Source: Eledone cirrhosa
Lineage: Eukaryota
Direction: 5' to 3'
Length of the DNA: 64,000 nt
Assembly: GCA_964016885.1 (NCBI GenBank)
Contig: OZ024743.1
Span: 58,776,001-58,840,000 of the forward strand
In this document: positions 13,397-26,769 of the stretch, in pieces
How positions within the stretch are numbered: the stretch's first letter is position 1
Layout of the letters: each line of letters begins with the position of its first letter
Made by a program: the position numbers and the translations under genes
Notes under the pieces: generated by a model
Databases searched by the model: none
What the model saw: the letters and a program-made list of their open reading frames with translations, nothing else
What the model was told of the DNA's origin: nothing

Positions 13397-13834
13397 TGGC
13401 TGTCAACTCGTTTTCGAGTACGGCCACTACTTTATATCCATGTAGTAGAACCCCTACCGATGCGCTGAACGTGTGTGACTTTTTAGTCTAACCAGCGACT
13501 TGAAAACTCTGGTACAAACACTACACTTGTGACAATTATTGACACATAGTGCTGTGCCCATGGTACCATGTGACGACAAGTGCAGAGAGATCTCCACATA
13601 TAAAGCAATGCCTGTGCCGTGAAGCTTTTATAGTGGGCAAAGGCACTGCACAAAGCCAGTCCCACTTTCTTCACCAAAATGATATTTACCAAAAAGAGTA
13701 CACAAATACACGCACGTACACAGAACCCCGCCCCCCAAAAAAACGCACGCACATACAGAACCCACGCAACGCCTGTACCCGCACGCATACGAATGTATAC
13801 ACCAAATACATATAAAAATATATATATAAAAAAA

Positions 13835-13874
<40 letters not shown>

Positions 13875-15150
13875 ATGTGTGCGTGTATACATATAATTAA
13901 ATAAACGTATATAAATAAATAAACAAATACGTATATAACAAGCGCAAACACATACCTACATGTAAATACACTTATGTTCGGAGACCTACGTCAACCAAAA
14001 CACGATGTACACATATAAACACACCCTACATACGTACGAACCCACATACTCACACAGACGCAGAACTCACGTATACACATAACCAAAAGCATATGTACCG
14101 GAAAAAATAATAATATATACGCCATAAAATATACAATCAAATATACGTACGAGAAAGTATAAGTACCTTCACAAAACATACTGGTAATATATACTTAACT
14201 ATACAAATAAGTAATGGTATAAACATAACATATACTTAGCTACCACATCAAGACGTAAAATATCCGCGTAGAGTTCGTACTATCCGTTAGGGTATAATGT
14301 GGGGCTGTAATACAGGAAAGTTTTGTGCAATTTATGTTTACAAGTCGAAATTGCCTCAGATGTTTTTTTTAAGATGTGGTCTTTGGCGTAGAGTATTTCC
14401 AGGGCCTCAGCGGAGCAGAGATCACATGGTCTTTTATCTCTGTTATACTATCAAGCCCTAGCTAGGATCTCCCAGTGTAACTTACATTGCGTGTGGTTGT
14501 CTTTTAGACGCCAGATATTAGCTGAAAATGACGTCATATTCCTTTTTAAAGAGTAACGAAAATAATGGGTGTGTTTGTAAAGACGCTGCTTGAATCTATT
14601 GGCGGTTAAATCTATGTAGGCCCTACGGGACGTGGGTGTTTCAACCTTACATTTGTAGACAATGTTACTAGAGAGGCATTTCTCGGATAGGGGGCAGTCA
14701 ACCCGATTCCTACAATTAGAGTTAGCACTAACTACAGGGTTGCACGTGTTCCTACGGCTAGGTTATTTAGCTAAATTTGAAGCGGTGATGTTATGTGCAA
14801 GGTTAGGAGTCGTAGAATAAGAAATGTTAATAGTATTTCTATTAAAAATGTTACTATATTTATTTGTAGGGGTAAAATGCTTCATAATAAGGGAGAGAAA
14901 GATCTTAGCTAATGGTGTGGCCACCTTCATATTATATGGTCGGTTATACCATATAATGCGTCGGGATCTATTTCTTCTAGGTCTATTCTCGTACTCTGTA
15001 TATGCTACCTTATCGACAAATCCACTCCGATTAAGTGCTTCATTGTAATATGTGGAATGGTCGTTAAAAATATGCTCGTTAGTAGATACACTGGAAAGCC
15101 TCAAAGAAACGTTTCTTACCAGGTTATTGGTTATGCTGGCAGGATGGTTA
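13395..15150 (-). mobile_element. 5'-truncated Penelope-like element (RT thumb, GIY-YIG, 3' region)
   Basis: ORF 14763-15104 (YYNEALNRSG, RRIIWYN.PY, IFNRNTINISYSTTPN) continues to CRNRVDCPL..CL, IVYKC and PCDLC..STCKH around 14330-14720. Confidence 0.88.
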
Positions 15151-15156
15151 CAGGTG

Positions 15157-15561
15157 CCTCTCTAGTAACATTGTCTACAAATGTAAGGTTGAAACACCTA
15201 CGTCCCGTAGGGCCTACATAGGGTTAGCCGCCAATAGATTCAAGCAACGTCTTTACATGCATACCCATTCTTTTCGTTACCCTTTAAGAAGGAATATGAC
15301 CTCACTTTCAGCTTATATCTGGAGTCTAAAAACAACCACACCCAATATAATTTACACTGGGAGATCCTAGCTAGGGCTAGATAGTATAACGGAAACAAAA
15401 GTCCATGTGACCTCTGCGACGCTGAGGCCCTGGAAATACTCTACGGCAAAAACCATATCTAAAAAAAAAACCGCACGCACATACAGAACCCACGCAACGC
15501 CTGTACCCGCACGCATACGAATGTATACACCAAATACACATAAAAATATATATTAAAAAAA

Positions 15562-15593
<32 letters not shown>

Positions 15594-16146
15594 ATACATA
15601 TAATTAAATAAACGTATATAAATAAATTAAAGCCCTGGAAATACTCTACGGCAAAGACCATATCTTAAACAAAAAAATCTGAGTCAATTTCGGTTTGTAA
15701 ACATAAATTGCACAAAACTTTCCTGTATTACAGCCCCACATTATATCCTAACGGATAGTACGAACTATACGCGGATATTTTACGTCTTGAGGTGGTAGCT
15801 AAGTATATGTTATGTTTATACCATTACTTATTTGCATAGGTAAGTATATATTACCTGTATGTTTTTTGAAGGTACGTATACTTTCTCGTACGTATATTTG
15901 ATTGTATATGTTATGGCGTATATATTATTATTTTTTCCGGTACATATGCTTTTGGTTATGTGTATACGTGAGTTTTGCGTCTGTGTGAGTATGTGGGTTC
16001 GTACGTATGTAGGGTGTGTTTATATGTGTACATCGTGTTTTGGTTGACGTCGTCTCCGAACATAAGTGTATTTACATGTAGGTATGTGTGTGCGCTTGTT
16101 ATATACATATTAATTTATTTATATACGTTAATTTAATTATATGTAT

Positions 16147-16178
<32 letters not shown>

Positions 16179-16735
16179 TTTTTATATATAATTTTATGTG
16201 TATTTGGTGTATACATTCGTATGCGTGCGGGTACAGGCGTTGCGTGGGTTCTGTATGTGCGTGCGGTTTTTTTGTTGGGGGGGGGTCTGTGTACGTGCGT
16301 GTATTTGTGTACCTATGGCGAGTGTTTTGCGTATGCTTGTGTAGGGTACGTATATGTATGCGTGTATCAATATATTTAATTTCATTTACCTTTGTATTTT
16401 ATTTACTTTATTCTTAACTCTGAAGCCGGGAATCATTCGGTTTCCTAGTTAGAATTTTAGTCTACGACTTCAGTTATGCCATAAACGTGGTTTTGTCTTT
16501 GCGTATAATTGTTTTTTACCGCTCCAAATAATGACGTATTATATTCGTTTTTCCCCGTTCTTTGCCAGGGAACGTTTCCACGAACCAGAGTATCGTCTTC
16601 CTGTCTTCCTCCGGTTGCAACTTCTTTTGAAATATTCAATTCTGCGTTCACAGATTGACTTTGTTAGTTTCAGAAGATCCCGTTAAAGGTGAAATCAGCG
16701 ATTCTTTGCTTAAACTTTAATCTGTTATTTTAATA
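15157..16735 (+). mobile_element. Inverted, rearranged partner copy of the same PLE family (GIY-YIG part and 3' region)
   Basis: 15157-15460 is the inverse of 14375-14680, and 15630-16310 is the inverse of 13705-14410; a minus-oriented insert at 15470-15630 repeats 13743-13920. Confidence 0.85.
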
Positions 16736-16981
16736 TATATATATATATATATATATGAGGGCTGCAGCACGACTTCGAGTAAAGCCTTCGCTTGTTACTT
16801 AAGCGGACATGGATTTTTATTTCTGCTCGGCACTTGCCTATGGCCAGTCATCCCATGCATCACAGAAAATGTCACGTATCAAATGAAGACTAGGAGACTC
16901 TAGCTCCAAAAAAAATCTTTATTGAATCACCGTTGACTCTCCGATGACCCACTGATACACAGGTTTTATTGTGTTACATGA

Positions 16982-17089
<108 letters not shown>

Positions 17090-19543
17090 TACTAGTCTGA
17101 ACAGATCTGGCAATGCATTACCACCGGAACAGTCCTTATCTAATAGCAATCCTACGTGTAATGCATCACCACTTGAGCCAGCCAATAACACCCGGAAGTG
17201 CAATTGTAGAGTGAGTGCTAACTGCCCTTTAAACGGTAACTGCCTTTCTAAGAACATTGTCTACGCTTGCGAAGTTACAACTGATTCCTCTAATAGAACT
17301 TATATAGGCTCCACATCTAACTCTTTTAAGACTAGATTTAACTCCCATATCTCCAATTTCAAACATGTTAGGTTTAAGAATTCCACTTCTTTAGCACATT
17401 ATATCTGAGATCTTAAGGGAGCTAATATACCATATAGCCTTAACTGGCGTTTAGTAGCACGCTCTAACCACCTTTCTACACATACTAAGTTTTGTAATCT
17501 CTGCATCCTTGAGACACACTATATAATTTTCTCTAGCGTACCCTTACTTAATAGAAAGTCTGAGATATTCTCTTCTTGGCCCCACGCTATTTCTAATTCA
17601 TACTTTTATTATAAACCTAAACGTTCTAGTAGTACAAATTGTACCCATTAGCTGATATATTCCATTATTTATTTTTAGTTTAGGTTCCTTTGTTTGCCAA
17701 CGTCAATATTATTATCATCATTATTACCATTGGTTTTTGATGTCTCTTTATTTTAGCTCTCATAATCTTTTGGCTACTGTACCATATCTGTCTTCTAACG
17801 CATTGGATTTTCACTATTACACCTTTTGAATTATATAAGATTATATATTTTACGCTATATATTTTATTTTTATTTTTATTTTTACTTTTATTTTATTTTT
17901 ATTCCGATTCTTCTTTGGATAACCCCCCCCCCCCATGCGCACATAAACTTATTGTCATCCCCTCCAAATTGACTATGATTATATTTAACACCCTCCCCTC
18001 TTTTACGCTCCTTTCTATTAAGTAATATAGTATATCGACTATATTTTATGCCCCTTTGCACCCTCCATATATTTCTTCATTTCTGTCCCTATTGGCCTAC
18101 CTTAATTCTGCTTAAGTGATTTTTTAGGTATCGTTATGTATATGATAGGAAAACATTTTCATTCCTTTTTGTAAACATTTGTAACGAAATATTAATGTTC
18201 ATAAACTTTAATTACTTAAACTATAGCTAATATTATACCGCCTTATTGGATAGTTTAAATATTTTTAATATTAATTTATCAAATAGGGTTTTCGAGTCAT
18301 TTTCACGGGTTATTTCCTTAGGTTTTACTTAAATACTTAAATACTTAACTGCATGTGAGACCTAAATGCATACGTTTGTTTTTGTTTTTTAATCTCCGGG
18401 TGATTCTTTTTATTTATTTATTTATTTTATTCTATATTTTATACTGTATATTTTATTAATATTGTGCATTGCATTTACTGTCTGGCATTTACTCACTCAT
18501 CCATATATATGTATGTCTACCAACCTTGTAATTATAAGTAATTATATATTATATTATGTTAACTTATTTTATATAATATATTATATTATATTGTATTTTT
18601 TATTGTAATATTGATCCTTATCACTTACCGTTAATTATATGTAACATTATGATATGTTAAACTTTATATATCATGTAGGATCTTTGAATTTTTGTACCAA
18701 CAAAATTCCTTTGGGGATATTGTACAATTTATTTATTTTTCCTCGCCTACTCTGTAACCCAATATGAATTGATTTGTTAACTTGATTATAAGTGTTAGTA
18801 TATTGTATATTATAGATCTTGGTATGTTATATTATATTATAATTATATTATTATTGTGACATCTATATTGTTTGTGTAAATTAACCGGAGATTATCCATT
18901 CTATTATATTGTATTATATAGTATATAATTGTATTGTTTATTATTGATTATATATGCTACTTATAATTATATCATATTATTACCCCATGTATATTGGGTA
19001 GATGTATTAGTATTATCATTATTATTATTCTCATTCCTTTCATGCTCATTTTCATATTCAAACTCTTGATAAGGTTAAATTTGTGCGGTTGAAGATAGAT
19101 GTGTGTATTGTTGAAGGTGTATGTGTGTGTGTGTGTGTGCACACATATATACATATGCATAATGTACCTTTTGATTTTCCATTGTAACTTTAATGTTGGT
19201 AAAGGTATAATTATATTATATTACATTATATTATATATGATTCCTGATCTATATAACCACTTTTGTCTAGCTCTAGGTTTTTTTGCTTTGGACTATATTT
19301 GTAATATGGTTCTTAATGTCACATACATCCTTAGTAATTTTCATTATATATTTTTATTATTTTTATTATATATTTTTGCAATACCTTAGTATATGTACAC
19401 TCCATATTCTTCGGAGCTTCTGGCTTGTATCTGCCGTTATTACTTCTTGTTGTTTGAATTGCCCTGATGAGTCCTTAATAGGACGAAACATTGTCGGTTA
19501 ATAAAGACTTTTGATGTATTGAAGGGTTCTTTGTTTTACTCTC

Positions 19544-19547
<4 letters not shown>
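17090..19547 (+). mobile_element. 5'-truncated Penelope-like element: GIY-YIG domain, long AT-rich 3' UTR and HHR
   Basis: CNCRVSANCPLNGNCL..IVYACEV..YIGSTSNSFKTRFNSH..STSLAHYI*DLK..CNLC (17195-17650); HHR at 19461; AATAAA at 19500; (TA)n on both flanks. Confidence 0.85.
19461..19498 (+). ncRNA. Minimal type I hammerhead ribozyme, family C
   Basis: GCC-CTGATGA-GTCCT-TAAT-AGGAC-GAAA-CATTG-TC-GGT; canonical core with GUC site. Confidence 0.88.
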
Positions 19548-19578
<31 letters not shown>

Positions 19579-20978
19579 TGGGTTCAACACATAATTAGAC
19601 AGCAATATAATGGAAATATATTATATCGTATCTTACATTCCACGTATGTATATATTGTTTTATTTATAATACGTTTGGCGTTCGGAAGGCACATACAAAG
19701 CTGGTTAACTAGAAATAAAATATTGACAAAAATACGGATAAAAAGTACACACAATCTCCTACGTGAATTGAACCACGTATTGTCAGTAGTTCGATTCCCT
19801 CTGGTGGTTTTCACTACTTTCTCCGTCTCTCAATATTTAACTATTATTCATATTTCATATATATTGTGGCTGCCTTCAGTAAGCTAAAAGTATTTGCAAA
19901 TTTCTCCAATGCTTCGGAAAAGAAAATAATATTATTTTATTATATATTTCATTTTGCAACGGTTGATTTGTCTCTGCATCATTGATAACTTCATTTGTTT
20001 GCGTTTGCCTTTAGACGATGAATTCTCATTTGCACAACGTATGTCTCACATCTCGCATGTCTCGCTGAACCGAATAAGTTTCTGCATAACTAATGCACAT
20101 AAAGGGAAATAACTCCCACTGTTCCTAACTCAACTCTCCATAAATTCTGTCTCATCGTGTTCTGTCGAATAATTACTTCCCATCTATTGTGATCGTTGTA
20201 ATACACATTGTACCTTTACCCCTACTTTCGCCAAAATACGTAACATAATGTCACAAAAACAACAACAACAACCAACGTACTTTGCTAATCAACCCTTTTC
20301 ATCGTAACGTTAATAATATTCAATATTATCCTATCAATTTTCACATTGTATAATTCGCATTGTAGTATTAGTAATAATAATAATAATAATAATAATAATT
20401 TCTTTTTATTACTTCATTTAGAATAATAACAACAATATTAATAATTCCATCTAAATAACATTTCATAAAACTTTATAACATAATTATATGCGTTTTATAA
20501 TTATCTAAATCCACATTTGAGCACCATCATCGATATTTCATGCACACATACACACGTGTGTTACCCACAATAATAACTGATAACTGTACTGTCTATTACT
20601 TACTGAATTAACTACTTTGAACGTCCCCGTCCTTCCTTTTCGACTGACCACCTATAACCGTTCCTTACCTGAACCGCACAATATTACATGTCGTAATATC
20701 TAACAATTTCTTTTTCCATTCCAGCTGCAGTTACTTCTGATGCGCAACTACCAGCGAACATTTGATGTTATCTTCACCACCAGTTTTATCCTCATCCTCA
20801 TCCTGCGAACTCACAAATCCCTCATTACTAGGCAATTAATCAGACCTTTGGTAACTTATCAGATGTTCGTGCTAAGTATCGCAGTTTTCATTTGTTGCGC
20901 TCCTTTCGATATGATGAAATTTTCGTCTGTTGGTAGGGAGTTCAAACAACGAAATCTCCTTTTAATGTTCCTATATAA

Positions 20979-21238
20979 CAGTGCTTCCCAACCTTAAGTT
21001 CGCAGAGATAGTTATAGGAGGTCGTGAGCTAAGTTCAAAATTTCAAGTTCTTTGTTAAAAGCAGAATAAGCACTCATTGTAAGGTATAGTTTCTTCAAAG
21101 ATAAACATTTTTCGTATCGTTTGTTATTCTGTCTATAGTATAACATTCTAAAAGGTGAATAATTGCAGTGGGGCAGAATGGTGGAGAAATTTAGTTAAAT
21201 AAAGGGTTCCTGAATAGCCAAAAGTTTGGAAACCACTG
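20979..21238. mobile_element. hAT (Charlie-like) MITE
   Basis: TIRs CAGTGCTTCCCAACCTT / AAGTTTGGAAACCACTG; 8-bp flanks CTATATAA / CTATAAAG (6/8 match). Confidence 0.7.
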
Positions 21239-22409
21239 CTATAAAGGTTCATGGAATAGGCTTGCGTCTGCTATGAAACTAAATTTGTGAACCTAAATTT
21301 ATGAAATTAAATTGTAGCGTTAATTAAGAACATTGGATACGGTACTTGCTAATTCATAAATGGATAATTACCTCATAACTCTATCATTATTAACGTCACT
21401 GATTATGTTCTCATGACTCTTCTATACACTTCTCATAAATATGCTCCCGTATGGGAGTCTTCTCTATAGTCAGTAGATTCTTTAGAAACAGCAGCCAACT
21501 ACTCACATACACATTTTTTCAAATAGGAAAGGACTCGTACATTAGATCATAACATCCTAGATATTCCTAAAATAGTATGTTAACAGTTGGTATGTTTTGC
21601 TGAAAACTCTGCACGATCGAATCTTTCCCATGAGTTATCAATAATAAATACATCACACACGTACATAAACATGTGCAGGCACATACGCATGCCCATAGAC
21701 ATGCACATGCACAATGGTATATACATATTGTACATATGAGGTAACATATTTTCAACACTGATAAATACAGGGTATATTGGTAGATGTAGGCGTAGTGATA
21801 CTTTATAAGGTGGGTACGGTTAGAACTAATATATCATAACTGTGCAGGCTCAGGGTTGAGCTAGTGTTAAAAGACAATAGGAACAACATCAAACAAAGAC
21901 AAAACAATAATATTAACGACAGAAAGAACAACAGCAACTATAAACACAACCACACTACTAGACACTTGCATGAGTGTGGTGAACCTCTGTCAGTTTCTGC
22001 GATCAGTGTTATAATTGTTCAAACAGCGAAACAGCTTGTTGAAATTAACATGCAAATAGATCAGCACTTAAGAGACACACGTATTCTTAACGTGGTTCTC
22101 AGGGAGATTCAGCGTGACACATTTTGTGACAATATGGTCCATTGAATTAAAGATATACTCCATCTGACATGCTTGCAAAAGGTTTCCTCTACTTATCTTC
22201 ACTTACAACGCTTTGATAACACCACTCCTGCGTATGACTATGTTAAATGAAGCTTGGCCAAAATGCTACAGTAAGACATACGATGTAGGCCGTTATGTTG
22301 GTGAAGCGAACTCCTTAGACATTCGGCCGCGCTATATTCATATAGCGAAACACACGCAATATATTACTTTACATTTTATTCAGTTTAAGATTATTTACAC
22401 TTGCATGTA

Positions 22410-22600
22410 GCGGTGGATTGGCAGTATCGGTAGAGGGTCGGACGCTATGCTTTGCAGGATAGAGTTACGGCCATTTACGGTCTGAGATCAAATCTCGACA
22501 AGGTTAACTTTGCCTTTCATCCTTACGGTGTCGATGAAATAAAGCACCAGTAATGCACTGGCATAATTACTGGCCTTGTGCCAAAAGTAGAAACAATTAT
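22410..22600 (+). mobile_element. Full-length SINE copy with TSD
   Basis: GCGGTGGATTGGCAGTATCGG...GTAGAAACAATTAT; flanking repeat ATTAT(T/A)TACACTTGCAT at 22390-22406 and 22596-22612. Confidence 0.9.
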
Positions 22601-22793
22601 ATACACTTGCATAGTTGGAAAAACGTCTGACAAAATCCATTATTGAATTTAGGAGTCGATATTTACGATCTTAAATCTAAATAAGGTCAAATTTGCTTCT
22701 CATGTTTGCCGGAGATTGATCAAATATAGTCCCACTGGAGGCGAGATTTATTCATGGCCGTGTATATATACACACACACACACACACACACGC

Positions 22794-22893
<100 letters not shown>

Positions 22894-23106
22894 CGTTTCT
22901 GAATTTGTTTAGCAAGATTCTTTATCTGAAAATGTGTGTTGAAACCGATATTGTTATATTTGGGAGGGTCATCTTGCCAATAAGAAACACACGCACCAGT
23001 TACATTCACTCCAATTTATTATAAATTAAAAAAAAGCAAACACACAGAAACAAGATGGCGCAGGACAGAACAAAGGAGAGGCACAAAACAAAGAAAATAA
23101 TCCCCA

Positions 23107-23149
23107 GTCACTGAAGAGGTCACATAATATGTGACGAAAGAACTTTGAC
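23107..23149 (+). ncRNA. Minimal hammerhead-like motif, family G
   Basis: GTCA-CTGAAGA-G-GTCACAT-AAT-ATGTGAC-GAAA-GAAC-TT-TGAC; helices I and II pair perfectly, with one extra G; inside a (TA)n-bounded segment. Confidence 0.6.
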
Positions 23150-23396
23150 AATATATGAACAACCGTCCGGTTGTGGAACCAACCAACCAACCAACAAACC
23201 GGGAAAAACTTAAAAAAAAACAACTTTTTTTGAAAAGTTTTTTTTTTAAATTTATAATAAATTGGAATGAAAGCAACTGGTGCGTGTGTTTCTTATTAGA
23301 AACATGATCCTCCCAAAGTATAACAATATATATAAATATATATAACAATATATATATATATATATATAACAATATATATATATATATATATATAAC

Positions 23397-23489
<93 letters not shown>

Positions 23490-25169
23490 ATGTATATACA
23501 TATATATATGTATAGAAAAAAATACTCAAGGGTTGCAGATACATTTAATGTTTTTTAAGCATACAAGCAGATTTACGGTACAGATCGATAAGGAATTGTT
23601 CATTCAAAACAAATTATACTTTTTTAATGTTGTTGCAGAAAGAATCATAGTTATCACATTCACTTTTTACTAACCGGCTTCCTCACATGTGAGCTTTTCA
23701 ATGTCTAACATATTTGAGATATTGAAACAATAGTTGCATGGCTCGCCTGCTCTAAACTCCGAAACGAAAGGCAGGGACTCGAGTAGCAACAAAAGATCTT
23801 AGTAATTAAAACGTACCGTGATTTAGATATACAAAACTGACGCCATCATGGCTGAAACGCTGTTTGTCTTGTCATGGCTAACTAAACGGGTATACACTGT
23901 CCTGAACATAGGAGCTAATATTCTAAGTATTGTATCTTTGTACAGTATATGGAACTGTAGAATTTTAATGTTCCACTATACAGAGAGGATCTATGACAAT
24001 GTATATGTTCGTGCGCGATTCTTGGATCTCCTTCAAATTCTACGATTCTTAGAAGTGCGAGCTGAATACCCTAACTCATCAACAATACAGGCAGCATGTA
24101 CCAAAATAAAGAAGATGTATCACAATACAGAGAGATTCGAACACAATATATCAGAATAGGCAGGATGTACCACAACGCAGACAGGATATAACACAATAGA
24201 GATAGGACGTACGATAATAAAGACAAGATGTACCGTATTATAAACGTGATGTACTATATTACAGGCACATTGTCCCACAATACACACAAGATCTCCCCCA
24301 ATACACAATACAGGGTGGACATCTCAAAGTGCAGAAAAGACATCTCACAATATAAAGAAGATCTCTTAAGGAATGTAACCGATGTCATAACAGTAACTGA
24401 TACAGAAGTCAATTTACATTTGTTTGTTGCTAGTTATTGAAATATTGGTTATTATTTGTAGGTCTTGGATCGATTACCACTATGCTATATACGTTGCCAA
24501 ACATAGAGGTCACCCATAGTTTAACACTTACAACGACAACAGCAACAAAAACAACAGCTCTCTGTCATTCGAATCTAATGGATTTGCACTCAGGTCACTT
24601 GCCCCTCTGCGGCTCTCTATGACATGTCTATGATATGGCTGTTTATTGATGACATCAATGACCAATACTTTCCCAATGCAATTTTCTAATGTATCCTCAG
24701 AACACTTCAGTAACCCACGAACCTCTCCCGGAAAAAAACCCTAACCTTTCCAGCTAATCTGATTCACACAGATTTGATGATATAATATTGACAACATTAT
24801 TGTTTGTAATGTTATATTATGATTCATCTGGAGGTATTAGAAGGTCGGATAGAGAGTTTTGCGTTGTTCCATCCGACATTCTTCACTCATGACACGAAAT
24901 ATGTCATGATGATGCCTCCATCAGAAGTTAAAGGTAGATGCAATGATGAAACTATTGTTTGTAGTATATATAGAATGAAGTGATCATGCCCGAAGATGTT
25001 ATAAAATAGTTTGTAAAATAGGGTGAAGACCTTTAAAGACGGAATAAGAAGATGACAACGGCTTTGTAAACACTATTTTTGTTGACACACACACAAACAC
25101 ACAGACACACACACGCTCTCACTTTCCTCAATTGAATGATATGTATATATATATATAGGAACAAGTATG

Positions 25170-25265
25170 ACCCCGACGGAAGAGCTCAAGCCGTTTCGAC
25201 GGCTATTTCTGGACTAAAGAAGAATTTTTAGCCTGGTAAATAAATAGCCGAACTTCTCAGGGGGT
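25170..25265 (-). ncRNA. Hammerhead-like motif, family E (long stems II and III)
   Basis: Minus strand: ACCCC-CTGAGAA-GTTCGGCTATTT...AAATAGCCGTC-GAAA-CGG-CTTGAGCTCTT-CCG-TC-GGGGT; G8 substituted; ~12 nt from a (TA)n tract. Confidence 0.65.
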
Positions 25266-25625
25266 ATTTCCTTATATGGGAAGATAGTAATTGTCAAGAG
25301 GATTGGTCAAAAATGTGTTATAAAGAAGGATAAATCTATCATGGCATTTGGTGGGCGGTAGGGGCGGCTGAACTTGTCGGTGAAACAAAGAGGGATTGGG
25401 GGAAACACAGTCAGGCGTTGAAAGTGAAATCTATACAGCAGATTCTAAGGATAGTGTATAAAAGTTTGAAAAAAGTGTACTGGAGAAGAGGGGGGGGGGG
25501 GGTAGTTGAAAGAATAGGTAAATCGAAAGGGAGTAAAAAAAAAGAACCATTATAAAAATAAGGAAATAAATATATAAAAACAATTTCTAGTTAATACTAC
25601 ATTTCTACGATCACCAAATTTATGG

Positions 25626-25663
<38 letters not shown>

Positions 25664-25693
25664 AGAACAAAAGATGGTTAAAAGTGTTCCATG

Positions 25694-25764
25694 TATTTTA
25701 TTATGCGCATTTCAAAAACAAATATCATCATGCAATAATATTTGTGTTTTCATCAGATAAAACA
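25694..25764 (-). ncRNA. Hammerhead ribozyme, family B (3' pseudo-LTR)
   Basis: Reverse complement of the 33011-33081 motif. Confidence 0.85.
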
Positions 25765-26769
25765 GGAGGACATGATATGAATGTTAAAAAACACTTGTGG
25801 ATAGTTCAGTTTTAAATCAACATATGAGAAGTAGTTTTAGATTGATGTGTGATATTGGGAAAAATATATTATTTAGAGGGGAGGGGTGAAAAAAAGGAGG
25901 AGATGAGAGTTAAGGTGGAGAGGGAGGAGTATAATGAGGAAGGATGAGATAGGAGGAGAGATGGGTGATAGAGAGAGAGAGATAGCTTTTATAACTGAGA
26001 AAGATATATTGTTTTACATAGAGAGGTTGAAAACCGTTGGAAGATAATGTATAAATTAAAAGAATTTGAAAATTAACGAAGAGAAAAATAATGTAAAGTT
26101 AAGGTTTGTATATTGAGGGGTTTGATAATATGTGCGAAGAAAAACAAAGATTTAATATGTATTGAGAATAATGAGTTAGATGAAAGGGAGAAAAGAATAA
26201 TGAATGGAGGATGAATAATCTAACGTCAAAACAAATGTATATGTTTACGAAGGATTTTACAAGGTGATATAGAGTAAGAATGTGTTGAATTATGTAATAA
26301 TTGATTCTATGTTAGGCAAAAGTGAGAAAAGATACATATTAGGGGTTAGACATTAGAAGCGAAGAAAAGGAAGTGATAAATAGGGGTGATGTAGAAAGAG
26401 TAAACAAGTATTATAGAATTTGAAAATTAACGAAGAGAAAAATAATGTAAAGTTAAGGTTTGTATATTGAAGGGTTTGATAATATGTGCGAAGAAAAAGA
26501 AAATGTTAATATGTATTGAGAATAATGAGTTAGATGAAAGGGAGAAAAGATTAATGAATTGAGGATGAATAATCTAACGTAAAAAAAAATGTATATGTTT
26601 ACGAAGGATTTTTACAAGGTGATATAGAGTAAGAGTAATGAGTAAACAAGTATTATAGAATGTATAATAACCTTTGAAATAAGGTAGAAAGATGGGTATA
26701 TTTTTAAAAGAAGTGTATATATATATGTGCCTTTGAGAAAAAGATTCTAAATTGATAAAGAATTGAATA

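Noticed and set aside
17195-17650. In-frame TGA in a Naiad-like PLE as possible selenocysteine (some Naiads encode selenoproteins)
   Set aside because: The TGA at 17406-17408 aligns with a conserved Trp (IW.LK), not Cys. The Cys motifs I checked in the PLEs here use TGT/TGC (one TGG near 17577), and no convincing SECIS was seen.
19578-20612. Possible Tc1/mariner-type element starting TACTGGGTTCAACAC
   Set aside because: Only a weak inverted match near 20590 and no transposase motif.
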